A DNA stretch of 64,000 bases, from contig CAXXWS020000002.1 of the NCBI GenBank assembly GCA_963665325.3, positions 704,001 through 768,000 on the forward strand. The letters are read 5' to 3'. The notes beneath the pieces are model-generated. The model was not told where the DNA came from and did no database searches. It saw only the letters and a list, made by a program, of their open reading frames with translations. Below, one piece after another: positions 49,069 through 58,704 of this stretch. Positions within the stretch are counted from its first letter, which is position 1. Every line of letters starts with the position of its first letter. Origin of the DNA: Alphaproteobacteria bacterium (GTDB lineage Bacteria; Pseudomonadota; Alphaproteobacteria; Bin95). Made by a program: the position numbers and the translations under genes.

Positions 49069-50727
49069 ATGGGCAGCGTCAGCCCCCTGGTGACGATCCG
49101 GGGCCTCAAGATCGAAGGACTGGCGGGAGAGGACTGGCTGCCGATCGTGAACGGCATCGACCTCGATCTTGCCCGCGGCGAGGTGCTCGGCCTCATCGGC
49201 GAGTCGGGCGCCGGAAAATCCACGGTCGGCCTCGCCGCCATGGGCTTCACGCGCGACGGCTGCCACATTGCCGGCGGGTCGATCGAGTTCGACGGCATCG
49301 ACCTGGTGGCGGCGTCCGAGGAAACCAGGCGCGGCCTGCTCGGCCGGCGCATTGCCTATGTCGCGCAATCGGCGGCGGCGAGCTTCAACCCCGCGCACCG
49401 GCTCATCGACCAGCACACCGAGGGGCCGGTGCTCCACGGCGTCTCCTCCCAGCAGGAGAGCCAGGAAGACGCGATGGCTCTCTATGCCCGGCTCCGGCTG
49501 CCGGAGCCGGACAGCATCGGCTTCCGCTATCCGCACCAGGTCTCCGGCGGGCAGTTGCAGCGCGCCATGACCGCGATGGCGATGTCCTGCCGCCCGGACC
49601 TCATCATTTTCGACGAGCCGACCACGGCGCTCGATGTCACCACGCAGATCGAGGTGCTGGCCGCCATCCGCGATATCGTCGAGCAGTTCGGCACGGCCGC
49701 TATCTACATCACCCACGACCTCGCCGTGGTGGCGCAGATGGCGGACCGGATCAAGGTGCTGCTCAAGGGCGACGAGGTGGAGGAGAACGAGACCCGCTCC
49801 ATGCTGTCGGACCCGCAGGAGGACTACACGAAGTCACTCTGGGCGGTCAGGAGCTTCCGGCGGCCGGAGCAGCCGCCGGTGGCAGGAGACGCGCAGCCCG
49901 TCATCGCCGTGTCCGGAGTGACCGCGGGCTACGGCTCGGCCGGCGACGTGCTGCACGAGGTGTCCTTCGACATCCATGTCGGGCGGACGGTAGCGGTGGT
50001 CGGCGAGTCCGGCTCCGGCAAATCCACCGTCGCGCGCTGCATTACCGGCCTGCTGCCGCCGCGCCGCGGGGAGGTGCGGTTCAACGGCGAGGCCCTGCCC
50101 GCCGGCTACCGGGGCCGCAACAAGGACCAGCTGCGCCAAGTCCAGATGATCTACCAGATGGCCGACACGGCATTGAATCCGAAGCTCCGCATACGGGACA
50201 TCATCGGGCGCCCGGTCCGGTTCTACCGGGGGCTCCGGGGGGCCGAACTGCGCCGGCGGGTGGAGGAGTTGCTGGAGCAGATCGAGATGGAGCCCGACCT
50301 CTATATCGACCGCCTGCCGTCGGAACTCTCCGGCGGGCAGAAGCAGCGCGTCGGTATAGCGCGGGCGCTTGCCGCGGATGCGCAATTCATCATCTGCGAC
50401 GAGGTGACATCCGCGCTCGACCAGCTTGTCGCGGAGGGCATCCTGAAACTGCTGGACCGGCTCCAGAACGAGCTGAACCTCGCCTACATGTTCATCACCC
50501 ACGACCTCGCTACAGTGCGCGCCATCGCCGACGAAGTGGTGGTGATGAAGGACGGCAGGGTCGTGGAGGCGGGGCCGAAGACGGAAATGTTCACCCCGCC
50601 GCACCACGATTACACCGACCTGCTGCTGAGCTCGGTGCCCGAGATGGACCCGGACTGGCTCGACCGGCTGTTGCAACAGCGCGGCGTGGACAATATCGGA
50701 GAGGCGGCGCGCGTCAGGCTCGACTAG
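49069..50727 (+). CDS. Dpp/Opp ABC transporter fused ATP-binding protein
   Basis: Two NBDs (GESGAGKS / GESGSGKS, SGGQ). Confidence 0.92.
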   Translation: MGSVSPLVTIRGLKIEGLAGEDWLPIVNGIDLDLARGEVLGLIGESGAGKSTVGLAAMGFTRDGCHIAGGSIEFDGIDLVAASEETRRGLLGRRIAYVAQSAAASFNPAHRLIDQHTEGPVLHGVSSQQESQEDAMALYARLRLPEPDSIGFRYPHQVSGGQLQRAMTAMAMSCRPDLIIFDEPTTALDVTTQIEVLAAIRDIVEQFGTAAIYITHDLAVVAQMADRIKVLLKGDEVEENETRSMLSDPQEDYTKSLWAVRSFRRPEQPPVAGDAQPVIAVSGVTAGYGSAGDVLHEVSFDIHVGRTVAVVGESGSGKSTVARCITGLLPPRRGEVRFNGEALPAGYRGRNKDQLRQVQMIYQMADTALNPKLRIRDIIGRPVRFYRGLRGAELRRRVEELLEQIEMEPDLYIDRLPSELSGGQKQRVGIARALAADAQFIICDEVTSALDQLVAEGILKLLDRLQNELNLAYMFITHDLATVRAIADEVVVMKDGRVVEAGPKTEMFTPPHHDYTDLLLSSVPEMDPDWLDRLLQQRGVDNIGEAARVRLD

Positions 50728-50742
50728 GATGCGTGGCAAGTT

Positions 50743-52329
50743 TTGACGAACGATGACCGGAACTACCTGAGGGAGGCTTTCCCCGTGAATCTCAAACTGG
50801 ACAGAAGAACGCTGCTCAAGGCAAGCGCCGCCACGGCACTTGCCGCAGGCGTGGGGCCGGGGCCGGCGTTAGCGGCCGGGCCCAGGGCCGGCGGCACCTT
50901 GCGGCTCGGCCTTTCGGGCGGCAACACCACCGACAGCTGGGACGGGCGCACTCATTCCGACGTGTTCATGCAGGTTGCGGCCCAGGGCGCCGTGTTCGAC
51001 TGCATCACCGAGGTTGCCGCCGATGGTTCGCTGGTCGGCGAACTGGCCGAGAGCTGGGAATCCTCGACCGACCTCGTGACCTGGACCTTCAACCTGCGCA
51101 AGGGCGTCGAGTTCCACAACGGCAAGAGCTTCGGCGCCGACGATGTGATCGAATCGCTGCAACTGCATGTGGCGGAAGGCGCGAAGTCGCCGGCCAAGCC
51201 ACTGGTCGAGCCCATCGTCGAGATGAAGAAGATGAACGACCACCAGGTGCAGTTCGTCCTCAACGCCGGCAATGCCGACTTCCCCTACCTGCTCGCCGAC
51301 TACCACATCCTGATCCACCCGGCCGGAATGGTGGACGAGAGCATCCGCGACGGCATCGGCACGGGCGCTTACCGCAATCTCGGCTTCGACCCGGGCGTGC
51401 GCCTGCAGCTCGAGCGCAACCCGAACGCCTACAAGAAAACCTGGTTCGACGAGGTCGAGGCCATCTCGATTACCGACCCGGCGGCGCGCGTCAGTGCGCT
51501 GATGACCGGCGAGGTGGACGCGATCAGCCGCATCGACGCCAAGTCGGTGCGCCTGTTGGACCGCAATCCCGGCGTGGAGGTATCGGAGGTAACCGGAAAC
51601 CAGCACTACACCTTCCCGATGATTACGACGGCGGCGCCCTTCGACAACAACGATGTGCGCCTCGCACTCAAATACCTCTTCGACCGGGAGGACCTGGTCC
51701 GCAAGATCCTGCTGGGGCATGGCAAGGTGGGCAACGACCACCCGATCGGTCCGGCCAACCGCTTCTACCATGCGGACCTGGAGCAGCGTGTTTACGACCC
51801 CGACCGGGCAAAGCACCTGCTCAAGAAGGCCGGGGTGGACAGCCTGCAGCTCGATCTCTCCGCCTCCGACGCGGCTTTCGCGGGTGCGGTGGACGCCTCG
51901 CAGCTCTTCCAGGAATCGGCGAAGGCCGCCGGCGTTTCCATCAATGTCATCAAGGAACCTGCGGACGGCTACTGGTCCAATGTGTGGATGAAGAAGCCGT
52001 TCTGCGCCTGCTTCTGGTCCGGTCGCGCGACCGAGGACATCATGTTCTCGACCGCCTATGCCGCCGGCAAGCCGTGGAACGACAGCTACTGGGAGCATGA
52101 GCGCTTCAACAAGCTGCTCGCCGAGGCCCGGACCGAAGTCGACGAGGCCAGGCGCCGGGAGCTCTATTACGAGATGCAGGTCATCGTCCGCGACGAGGGC
52201 GGCGTGGCCGTGCCGATGTATGCCAACTGGATCGACGCAAAGTCCAAGAAGCTGGCCCACGGCGAGCATGTGGGCAATGTCTGGGCGCTCGACTCAGCGC
52301 GCATCGCGGAGCGCTGGTGGTTCGCCTGA
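50743..52329 (+). CDS. ABC transporter substrate-binding protein, family 5 (Tat signal)
   Basis: DRRTLLK Tat motif; ELAESWE, LRKGVEFHNG, GTGAY and AERWW motifs. Confidence 0.9.
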   Translation: MTNDDRNYLREAFPVNLKLDRRTLLKASAATALAAGVGPGPALAAGPRAGGTLRLGLSGGNTTDSWDGRTHSDVFMQVAAQGAVFDCITEVAADGSLVGELAESWESSTDLVTWTFNLRKGVEFHNGKSFGADDVIESLQLHVAEGAKSPAKPLVEPIVEMKKMNDHQVQFVLNAGNADFPYLLADYHILIHPAGMVDESIRDGIGTGAYRNLGFDPGVRLQLERNPNAYKKTWFDEVEAISITDPAARVSALMTGEVDAISRIDAKSVRLLDRNPGVEVSEVTGNQHYTFPMITTAAPFDNNDVRLALKYLFDREDLVRKILLGHGKVGNDHPIGPANRFYHADLEQRVYDPDRAKHLLKKAGVDSLQLDLSASDAAFAGAVDASQLFQESAKAAGVSINVIKEPADGYWSNVWMKKPFCACFWSGRATEDIMFSTAYAAGKPWNDSYWEHERFNKLLAEARTEVDEARRRELYYEMQVIVRDEGGVAVPMYANWIDAKSKKLAHGEHVGNVWALDSARIAERWWFA

Positions 52330-52357
52330 CCGACAAGCCGGACAGCTGCTGACTACA

Positions 52358-52390
52358 GGGGCCGCTGCGCGCTGCGCGGCGGCCCTTCTC
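52358..52390. terminator. GC-rich hairpin between convergent genes
   Basis: GGGCCGCTGCGC-GCT-GCGCGGCGGCCC followed by TTCTCTTT. Confidence 0.5.
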
Positions 52391-52391
52391 T

Positions 52392-53126
52392 TTACCCGTA
52401 GCGTCGCGCAAGGCGGTCGAAAGTGGCGCCGACGATAGCGTCCTGGCGCAGGAAGCGGCGGGCCTCCAGCCCGTGGGCCGGTTCGATGCTGAGCACTGTG
52501 CCGGCGGACTCCGCATCGAGTTGCAGGCGCGCCGCCAGCTCGAAATTGTAGGCGAGGTAGGTCGCCTCCTCGACCGACTTGCCGACGGTCAGGAGCCCGT
52601 GATGCGCGAGCAGGATGGCGCTCTTGTCGCCGAGCGCCTCCGAGATGATCCGCCCTTCCTCATCGGCGACCGGGACACCGGGCCATTCGGGTAGCCAGGC
52701 GCAATCCTCGTACAGCATCATCGCGTCCATATGGCTGCACACCAGCGGCCGCCCGATCATCGACAGGGCCGAAGCGGCCGGCGGGTGGGTGTGTACGATG
52801 CAGTGCGCATCCGGCCGGACACGGTAGATCCATATATGGAAGCGCACGGCGGGATTGGCGATGCCCTCGCCCTCCACGGTCCGGATGTCCTCGTCGACCC
52901 GCAGCAGCGTTTCTTCCGACGCCTCCTCAAAGCCCTCACCCAGCGGCGGGGTCCACCATCCGCCCGGCTCAGCCCGGACCGTCAGCTGTCCCGCAAGGCT
53001 CGTGGCGTGCCCGTTCGCGGCCAGGATGCGAGCCGCCACAGCAAGCTTGGCTTTGTCCGAGCGAACTGCGCGCTTGAGACCGGCCTCAAGCGCATTGTCC
53101 ACTTCGGCGCGAACTTCATCAGGCAT
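52392..53126 (-). CDS. class II aldolase/adducin family protein
   Basis: FH.WIYR.RPD..CIVHTHPP and LAHHG motifs. Confidence 0.88.
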   Translation of the reverse strand: MPDEVRAEVDNALEAGLKRAVRSDKAKLAVAARILAANGHATSLAGQLTVRAEPGGWWTPPLGEGFEEASEETLLRVDEDIRTVEGEGIANPAVRFHIWIYRVRPDAHCIVHTHPPAASALSMIGRPLVCSHMDAMMLYEDCAWLPEWPGVPVADEEGRIISEALGDKSAILLAHHGLLTVGKSVEEATYLAYNFELAARLQLDAESAGTVLSIEPAHGLEARRFLRQDAIVGATFDRLARRYG

Positions 53127-53226
53127 GGGTCGCCTCCCGTATTGCCCGGACCTTCGACTTGCAGACGCAGGCCAGTCTGCCATGCCGGCGGGATCCTGTA
53201 TCGGCCGGTTCCAAAAGAACCGCGCT

Positions 53227-54426
53227 TCAGCCTGTATTGCGCCGGGCGGCGAGGACCGCGCCGAAGGAACAGAGAAAGGCGACGACAAGGAACGCGCCGC
53301 AGCCGAGGAACAGGAGCGCCGGCCAGTCCCGGTCCATCGTCCATCCGAACAGCAGCGGCGCCAGGCCGCCGCCGATGGAGAGGCCGACAAATACAAAGCC
53401 GATGACCCGGCCGGTGCTTCCGGGCGGCGTGATCCGCCTGAGCATCAGGTCGCGGGCCGGAAGCACAAGGCCCATCCCGAAGCCGGCGGCGCCCAGCAGT
53501 ACGGCGAGGCCGAGGGTGCCGATATCGGCGAAGGCCGCCAGCGCCGTCAGCACGCCGCCGCCTATCAGCGCCGCGCCGGTGAGCCGCACTTGCAGCCGCT
53601 CGCGGTCGGGCAACTCGCCGCCGGCAAGAATGCCGAAGGCGAGCGCCAGCAGGGCCGTCGTCAGCACCGCGCCGGCCGAGGCCGGGTCGAGGCCGTAGAG
53701 CTTGTCGAGCCCGATCACCGTGAATGCCATGATGCCGCCGCTCGCCATGCCGTATGCCGCGAAGAAACCGAAGAACAGCAGGATCGGCAGGGAAAGGCGC
53801 TGCGCCGGCGCGGCGTTCGGGGTGTCTTTCGGGCGGGGCGGGGAAGCGACGGCTGCGCCGCTCATCGCCATGACCGCCACGGTTGCGATGCCTGCCGCTC
53901 CGACCAGCATGACCGTGCTGCGCCAGCCCATCCATCCGGCCAGTGACGCTACGGTCAGGGGCGCGACCGCAGTCCCGAAGAACCCGAGGAAGGTGTGCAG
54001 GCTGTAGGCGCGCGGCAGGCGCCGTTCGCGGATGCGCGCGGCCAGCACGGCATAGTCGGCTGGATGGAAGACGCTGTTGCCGATGCCGGCCGTTATGGCG
54101 AGCAGCGCCAGCGCCCAATAGCTGGAAACGAACCCGATGGCGGCGATGGCGGCGGCGTTGAGCGCGAGGCCCGCCAGCAGCACCGGCCTGGCGCCCCAGC
54201 GGTCCACCGCCAGCCCGACCGGCGCCTGCAGCACGCCGCCGACCACGGCATAGCCGGTAACCAGCGCCCCTAGCAGGGCATAGCTCGCGCTGAATTCCTC
54301 CCGGAAGAACAGGAAGAGCGGCGGCAGGGTGAGCGCATAGAAATGGCTGAGGAAATGCCCGGCGCCGATCAGCGCAAGCGTCCGGGTTTCCCCGCGCGCC
54401 GCCCCCGCCTCCGCAGTCTGCGCCAT
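53227..54426 (-). CDS. MFS transporter
   Basis: About 12 TM; HFLSHFY, DRWGAR and GNSVFHPAD motifs. Confidence 0.9.
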   Translation of the reverse strand: MAQTAEAGAARGETRTLALIGAGHFLSHFYALTLPPLFLFFREEFSASYALLGALVTGYAVVGGVLQAPVGLAVDRWGARPVLLAGLALNAAAIAAIGFVSSYWALALLAITAGIGNSVFHPADYAVLAARIRERRLPRAYSLHTFLGFFGTAVAPLTVASLAGWMGWRSTVMLVGAAGIATVAVMAMSGAAVASPPRPKDTPNAAPAQRLSLPILLFFGFFAAYGMASGGIMAFTVIGLDKLYGLDPASAGAVLTTALLALAFGILAGGELPDRERLQVRLTGAALIGGGVLTALAAFADIGTLGLAVLLGAAGFGMGLVLPARDLMLRRITPPGSTGRVIGFVFVGLSIGGGLAPLLFGWTMDRDWPALLFLGCGAFLVVAFLCSFGAVLAARRNTG

Positions 54427-54622
54427 CCTGGAATCCTCTCTACGCCGTTGTGCAATATGCCTGCCGGCACCCGGAGACGAAACCGGCGCACCCATCATCC
54501 GTTTGCCGCAGCAATATCATCCCCCTGACACCGCTTTGCAGGGCTTCGCGGCTTGCGCCTCCTCCATTTACGCACTTATGGTTATGCAGGATCGATTCGG
54601 GTCCGGTTGCAGGGAGGGTGTT

Positions 54623-55186
54623 GTGACGCCGCCTGTGGAGAGCGCGCCGACGCTGGTGCTCAATGCGGATTTCCGCCCGTTGAGCTATTTCCCGCTGTCG
54701 CTCTGGTCGTGGCAGGAGAGCATCAAGGCCGTGTTCCTCGACCGGGTGCAGGTGCTGGCGGAATACGAGCGCGAGGTGCGCTCGCCGACGCGCGCCATGC
54801 GGCTGCCCTCCGTCATCGCGCTCCGGGACTATGTAGCGCCGGCCCGCCACCCGGCCTTCACGCGGTTCAACGTGTTCCTGCGCGACCGCTTCGGCTGCCA
54901 GTATTGCGGCTCGCGGCTGCCGCCCGAGGACCTGACCTTCGATCATGTGCTGCCGCGTTCGCGCGGCGGGCGCACGGGCTGGACCAATGTCGTGGCCGCC
55001 TGCGGTCGCTGCAACCGCGCCAAGGGCGACCGGTTGCTCCGCGATTCCGGCATGCGCCTGCAGGCGGAGCCGGTGCGCCCGAGCGTCTGGCGCCTCCAGG
55101 AGAACGGGCGCCGGTTCCCGCCCAATTTCCTGCACGAAAGCTGGTCCGACTTCTTGTACTGGGACAGCGAACTCGAACAGGGCTGA
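54623..55186 (+). CDS. HNH endonuclease (McrA-like, conserved alphaproteobacterial family)
   Basis: LVLNADFRPLSY.PLS, FTRFNVFLRD..CQYCG, TFDHV.PRSRGG and C..CN..KG motifs. Confidence 0.9.
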   Translation: MTPPVESAPTLVLNADFRPLSYFPLSLWSWQESIKAVFLDRVQVLAEYEREVRSPTRAMRLPSVIALRDYVAPARHPAFTRFNVFLRDRFGCQYCGSRLPPEDLTFDHVLPRSRGGRTGWTNVVAACGRCNRAKGDRLLRDSGMRLQAEPVRPSVWRLQENGRRFPPNFLHESWSDFLYWDSELEQG

Positions 55187-55208
55187 CGCCTTTCCACCGC
55201 GTGGCCTG

Positions 55209-56450
55209 TCAAGCGAGGCTTTCCTCTATGCGGATGGCCTCGTTCCACTTCGCCATGCGCTCGGACCGGGCGAAGGAGCCGACCTTGAGGCCGGGCGCGC
55301 GCCAGCCGACCGCAAGATGCACAATGGTCACATCCTCGGTCTCGCCGGAGCGCGCCGAAACGATGCCGCCGAAGCCCGCCTGCCGCGCCGCGTCCCAGGC
55401 GGCCTTCGCCTCGGTGAGCGTGCCGCGCTGGTTGGGCTTGATGAGTAGCGTGTTTGCGGCGCCGCGCCGCGCCGCCTCTTCGACGCGCCGGGCGGAGGTC
55501 ACCAGCAGGTCGTCGCCGACCACCTGCACCCGGTCTCCGTGCTCCGCCGTGAACGCGGCGAAGCCTTCCCAGTCATCCTCGCCGAGCGGGTCCTCGACCG
55601 AGACGACGGGATAGCGCGCGAGCCACCCGCCGACCAGGCGGACCATGCCCTCGCTGTCCAGCTCCCGGTCCTCCAGTGCCAGCCGGTAGCGGCCGTTGCG
55701 CCCGAACTCGCTTGCCGCGACATCGAGCGCGATGGCGACCTGCTCGCCCGCGCGGAACCCGGCGCGCTCGATGGCACGGGCCAGCATGTCGAGGGCGGCC
55801 TCGTTGGTGTCGAAGTCGGGCCAGAAGCCGCCCTCGTCCGCCACGCCCCGCAGCCGCCCGGCCTCCGCCATCAGCAGGCCGGCGGTTCGATAGACCTCGG
55901 CGGTCCAGGCGCAGGCCTCTGCGAAACTCGCCGCGCCGGGCGCGGTCACCATGAAGTCCTGGATATCGACCCGCCGGCCCGCATGGGCGCCGCCGCCGAA
56001 AATCTGGATTTCCGGTGCGGGCAGCGAGACGGGCCCCTCGCCCGCAAGCCGGCGCCAGAGCGGCATGCCGGCCGCGTTTGCCGCCGCCCAGGCCGCCGCC
56101 ATCGACACCGCAACGCTGGCATTGGCGCCGAGCCGGGACTTGTCCTCCGTGCCGTCGAGCCCGATCAGCAGCGCGTCCAGCGCCTCCTGGTCCTCCACGC
56201 TCGCGCCCTGGAGCGCGGCGGCAATCTCGCCCTCGACGGCCGCCACGGCCTGCATGACGTCGAGCCCGCCGAAAGCCTGGCCGCCGTCGCGCCGGTCCAG
56301 CGCCTCGCCCGAGCCGGTCGAGGTCCCGGCGGGTGCAATCGCGCGGCCCGTCGCCCCGCCCGCCAGATGCACCTCGGCCTCCACCGTCGGCCGCCCGCGC
56401 GAGTCCCACACCCGGCGCCCGCGTACCCTCTCGATCTCGAACGCTCTCAC
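55209..56450 (-). CDS. enolase-family protein (divergent paralog)
   Basis: DSRG.PTVE, STG..EA, LGANA, DEGG, GDDL, KPNQ.G, RSGETED and RSERMAK motifs. Confidence 0.88.
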   Translation of the reverse strand: MRAFEIERVRGRRVWDSRGRPTVEAEVHLAGGATGRAIAPAGTSTGSGEALDRRDGGQAFGGLDVMQAVAAVEGEIAAALQGASVEDQEALDALLIGLDGTEDKSRLGANASVAVSMAAAWAAANAAGMPLWRRLAGEGPVSLPAPEIQIFGGGAHAGRRVDIQDFMVTAPGAASFAEACAWTAEVYRTAGLLMAEAGRLRGVADEGGFWPDFDTNEAALDMLARAIERAGFRAGEQVAIALDVAASEFGRNGRYRLALEDRELDSEGMVRLVGGWLARYPVVSVEDPLGEDDWEGFAAFTAEHGDRVQVVGDDLLVTSARRVEEAARRGAANTLLIKPNQRGTLTEAKAAWDAARQAGFGGIVSARSGETEDVTIVHLAVGWRAPGLKVGSFARSERMAKWNEAIRIEESLA

Positions 56451-56532
56451 TGTGCCGCTCCCTCTGCCGGGTCCGCATGAAAGACCGTCGTCTTCCTCGG
56501 GGAAAGGGTCGGGCGGCAGTACCCCTGCGATG

Positions 56533-56569
56533 TGTCATGAATTGTCATGTTTCGTTATGCGATGTCATG
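56533..56569 (-). repeat. 10-bp-phased CATGACA repeats (4 copies, one degenerate)
   Basis: TGTCATG at 56533, 56543 and 56563; CGTTATG at 56553. Confidence 0.8.
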
Positions 56570-56643
56570 GGGCTGCCTGCGCAGGGCGCGTGTCCCGCGT
56601 CCGTTTTCGACATGCCATTCCTGCTCCTTCGCCTTCCGGAATC

Positions 56644-56670
56644 GAAAAGGCGGCCCCGAAGCCGCCTTTC
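56644..56670 (-). terminator. putative terminator downstream of epimerase gene
   Basis: Minus strand reads GAAAGGCGGC-TTCGGG-GCCGCCTTTTC. Confidence 0.6.
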
Positions 56671-56720
56671 CCCCGTTCCGGGCCTGACGCGCACCGGACG
56701 CCTTTTCGGGACCGCCGGTA

Positions 56721-57626
56721 TCAGCCCTCGGCCTGCACCGCCTCGATGATCTGGCGCACGCGGTCCCGGAAGGGTGCGTATTGGAGGCCGAACTCCTCTA
56801 CCAGCCTGCGGTTGTCGATCAGGAAATTACCGGAGCCGTCGCGGCCGCCGGTCTCGCTGTCGAACGAGATATCCGCGTCCGGCAGGAACTCGCGCACCAG
56901 CGCCGCGAGATTGCCCATCGAGATGGCGTGGCCGCCTGTGTTGTAGACCTGGTGGCGCGGCGCTTCGGCGAGCGTAACGCGCGCGAACGCCTCCGCCACG
57001 TCATCCACATGGATGGGCGCGCGCATCGCATCCGCATGGGGGAAGCTCACGGGCTCGCCGCGGGCCGGGAAGGTGACGCAGCGCACATGGTCGATGGAGC
57101 CGTAGATCTTGTCAGGTCCGGTCACGTTCGCCGGTCTGATCCCGGTGATCCTCATGCCGTACTTCCCGGTGTAGTCGCGCGCCTGCCACTCGTTGAAAAT
57201 CTTGTGCATGGCATACTGGTTGTCGCCGTAGCGATGGTCGTCCTCATCCGCCGCGCGCTCGCCGAAATGGCTCTGAAAGCCGCTGACGGCCAGAGAACTG
57301 GCATAGACAGTGTGCGCGACGCCGGCGAGCCGGGCGGCCTCGAAGCAGTTGCCCATGCCCAGAATGTCTAGCTTGAGCGCGATGCGCGGCGGCAGCTCGC
57401 CGATGAAATAGGCGAGGTTGACCAGCCGGTCGGGCTTCGTCTCCGCGACGAGCGCCATCACCTGGTCGAATTGGGTCACGTCCCCGCGCCGCGTCTCGGC
57501 CATATCGCCGAAGTCCGCCGCATCGGGGGCGATGTCCATCGCGATGACCTCCGCGCCCTGCGCCGCCAGCAGCGGCACCAGCCGGCGCCCGATAAAGCCG
57601 GTCCCCCCGACCACCAGAACCTTCAT
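56721..57626 (-). CDS. NAD-dependent epimerase/dehydratase (extended SDR)
   Basis: GGTGFIG, ASS, YAMHK and HVDDVA motifs. Confidence 0.9.
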   Translation of the reverse strand: MKVLVVGGTGFIGRRLVPLLAAQGAEVIAMDIAPDAADFGDMAETRRGDVTQFDQVMALVAETKPDRLVNLAYFIGELPPRIALKLDILGMGNCFEAARLAGVAHTVYASSLAVSGFQSHFGERAADEDDHRYGDNQYAMHKIFNEWQARDYTGKYGMRITGIRPANVTGPDKIYGSIDHVRCVTFPARGEPVSFPHADAMRAPIHVDDVAEAFARVTLAEAPRHQVYNTGGHAISMGNLAALVREFLPDADISFDSETGGRDGSGNFLIDNRRLVEEFGLQYAPFRDRVRQIIEAVQAEG

Positions 57627-57753
57627 GTCCTGTCCTCTCCCGTTCGAGCCGCCCCCTGAGCGGCAACCGTTTCGATAGAAGCACATTTCGATTCAGGCTC
57701 GAAATCCCCGCCCCGGCCCCGGCCTGCCGCCGAGCGGGGAAGCCCTCCGGATA

Positions 57754-58200
57754 TGTCATGGGATGTCATGTTTTGTCATGCGCAGGGTTCGTATGCTGCG
57801 GCCGGGCCGGGCCTGCAGCGGCCGTTTCGGTCCGGTGCTCCGGGTATTTGGTCCGGTTTTTCCGGCTTCCGGTTTCCGGCATCGGTCTCTCCTTTCGATC
57901 CGTCTTCGCTCCGTTTTCCCTGTGCCGGATGGGCCAGGCGGCGGGACCCTATTTTCGCGCGCAATCGCGCGCGGGCGGGCGGGTGCGTTGGCGCCGGCGC
58001 GGTTCGCGCGCCTGATTGCGCCTGTGTGCCCCCGCGCGCGAACCCGAGCGCAGGGCGCACCTTTCCTGTCCGCCCCCTCGGTGGTTTTTCGCGCCGGCGC
58101 CGGTGCGGGAGTGAGCGGCCTCCGGAAACCGCTCCCGGTCATTTGTTCTGGCTTTATTCTAACATACTTTGGCGAAACACAAGTCCTTCGCCGGCATTTT
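57754..58200 (-). other. copy B of dispersed module: promoter-like motif, structured leader, 38-aa ORF (57882-57766), 3 phased CATGACA repeats
   Basis: 32-nt core 57990-58021 is identical to 16740-16771 (reverse complement). TTGTGT-N15-TAGAAT. AAAGGAG RBS. TGTCATG at 57754, 57764 and 57774. Confidence 0.75.
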
Positions 58201-58251
58201 TCAAGAATTTTGGGGCTTATATATCAGTTTACCCGGACCGCCTCTCCGCGA

Positions 58252-58440
58252 TTACTCCCACGGGCGATGAATTGGTGGCAGGCGTCGGGTGTCGCCGTGT
58301 GCCGCACGCCAGGTGTTCACCGCCCAGCGAAAGCAGACGTCGATGGGCCGCCCAGCCCACGGCATGAGCACTTTCACTAGAAACATGAACCACGCCAGCG
58401 CCAGCAGCAGGATGAGCGCCATCCATAGGAGGTCGGCCAT
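58252..58440 (-). CDS. small single-TM hypothetical protein
   Basis: 62 aa with a hydrophobic N-terminus, directly downstream of the 58450-58614 ORF. Confidence 0.4.
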   Translation of the reverse strand: MADLLWMALILLLALAWFMFLVKVLMPWAGRPIDVCFRWAVNTWRAAHGDTRRLPPIHRPWE

Positions 58441-58449
58441 GCCGGTGGT

Positions 58450-58614
58450 CTATTCCACCTCCCCCTCGCGCCTGAGGTAGTCCCACTCCACCTTCGGCGG
58501 CCCGGCCATGATGGCGCGGGCGATATTCTCCGGGCTGTCCGGGATCGACTCCGGCATCCGCCGCGTCACGGGGCGTCCGCGCGGGCGCTTCGGCTGGTCC
58601 CGATGGTCGGTCAC
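58450..58614 (-). CDS. small AT-hook-like protein (54 aa), not in ORF track
   Basis: MTDHRDQPKRPRGRPVTRRMPESIPDSPENIARAIMAGPPKVEWDYLRREGEVE; GAGGGAG upstream of GTG. Confidence 0.55.
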   Translation of the reverse strand: MTDHRDQPKRPRGRPVTRRMPESIPDSPENIARAIMAGPPKVEWDYLRREGEVE

Positions 58615-58704
58615 ATGCTGGGCTCCCTCGCTGCCTGCTCGGACGATACGCCCGCGCCGGGGAGGGCGGCGTGGGTGGGCCTCTCACCGTAGCCGCGTCC
58701 CCGG

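Noticed and set aside
54623-55186. RNA-guided (IscB/Cas9-like) HNH nuclease
   Set aside because: Short conserved McrA-like family with no RuvC motifs and no adjacent array or obvious ncRNA.
57754-57780. Pho boxes at the TGTCATG arrays
   Set aside because: The period is 10 bp, not the 11 bp of PhoB boxes, and the arrays sit at ORF 3' ends.
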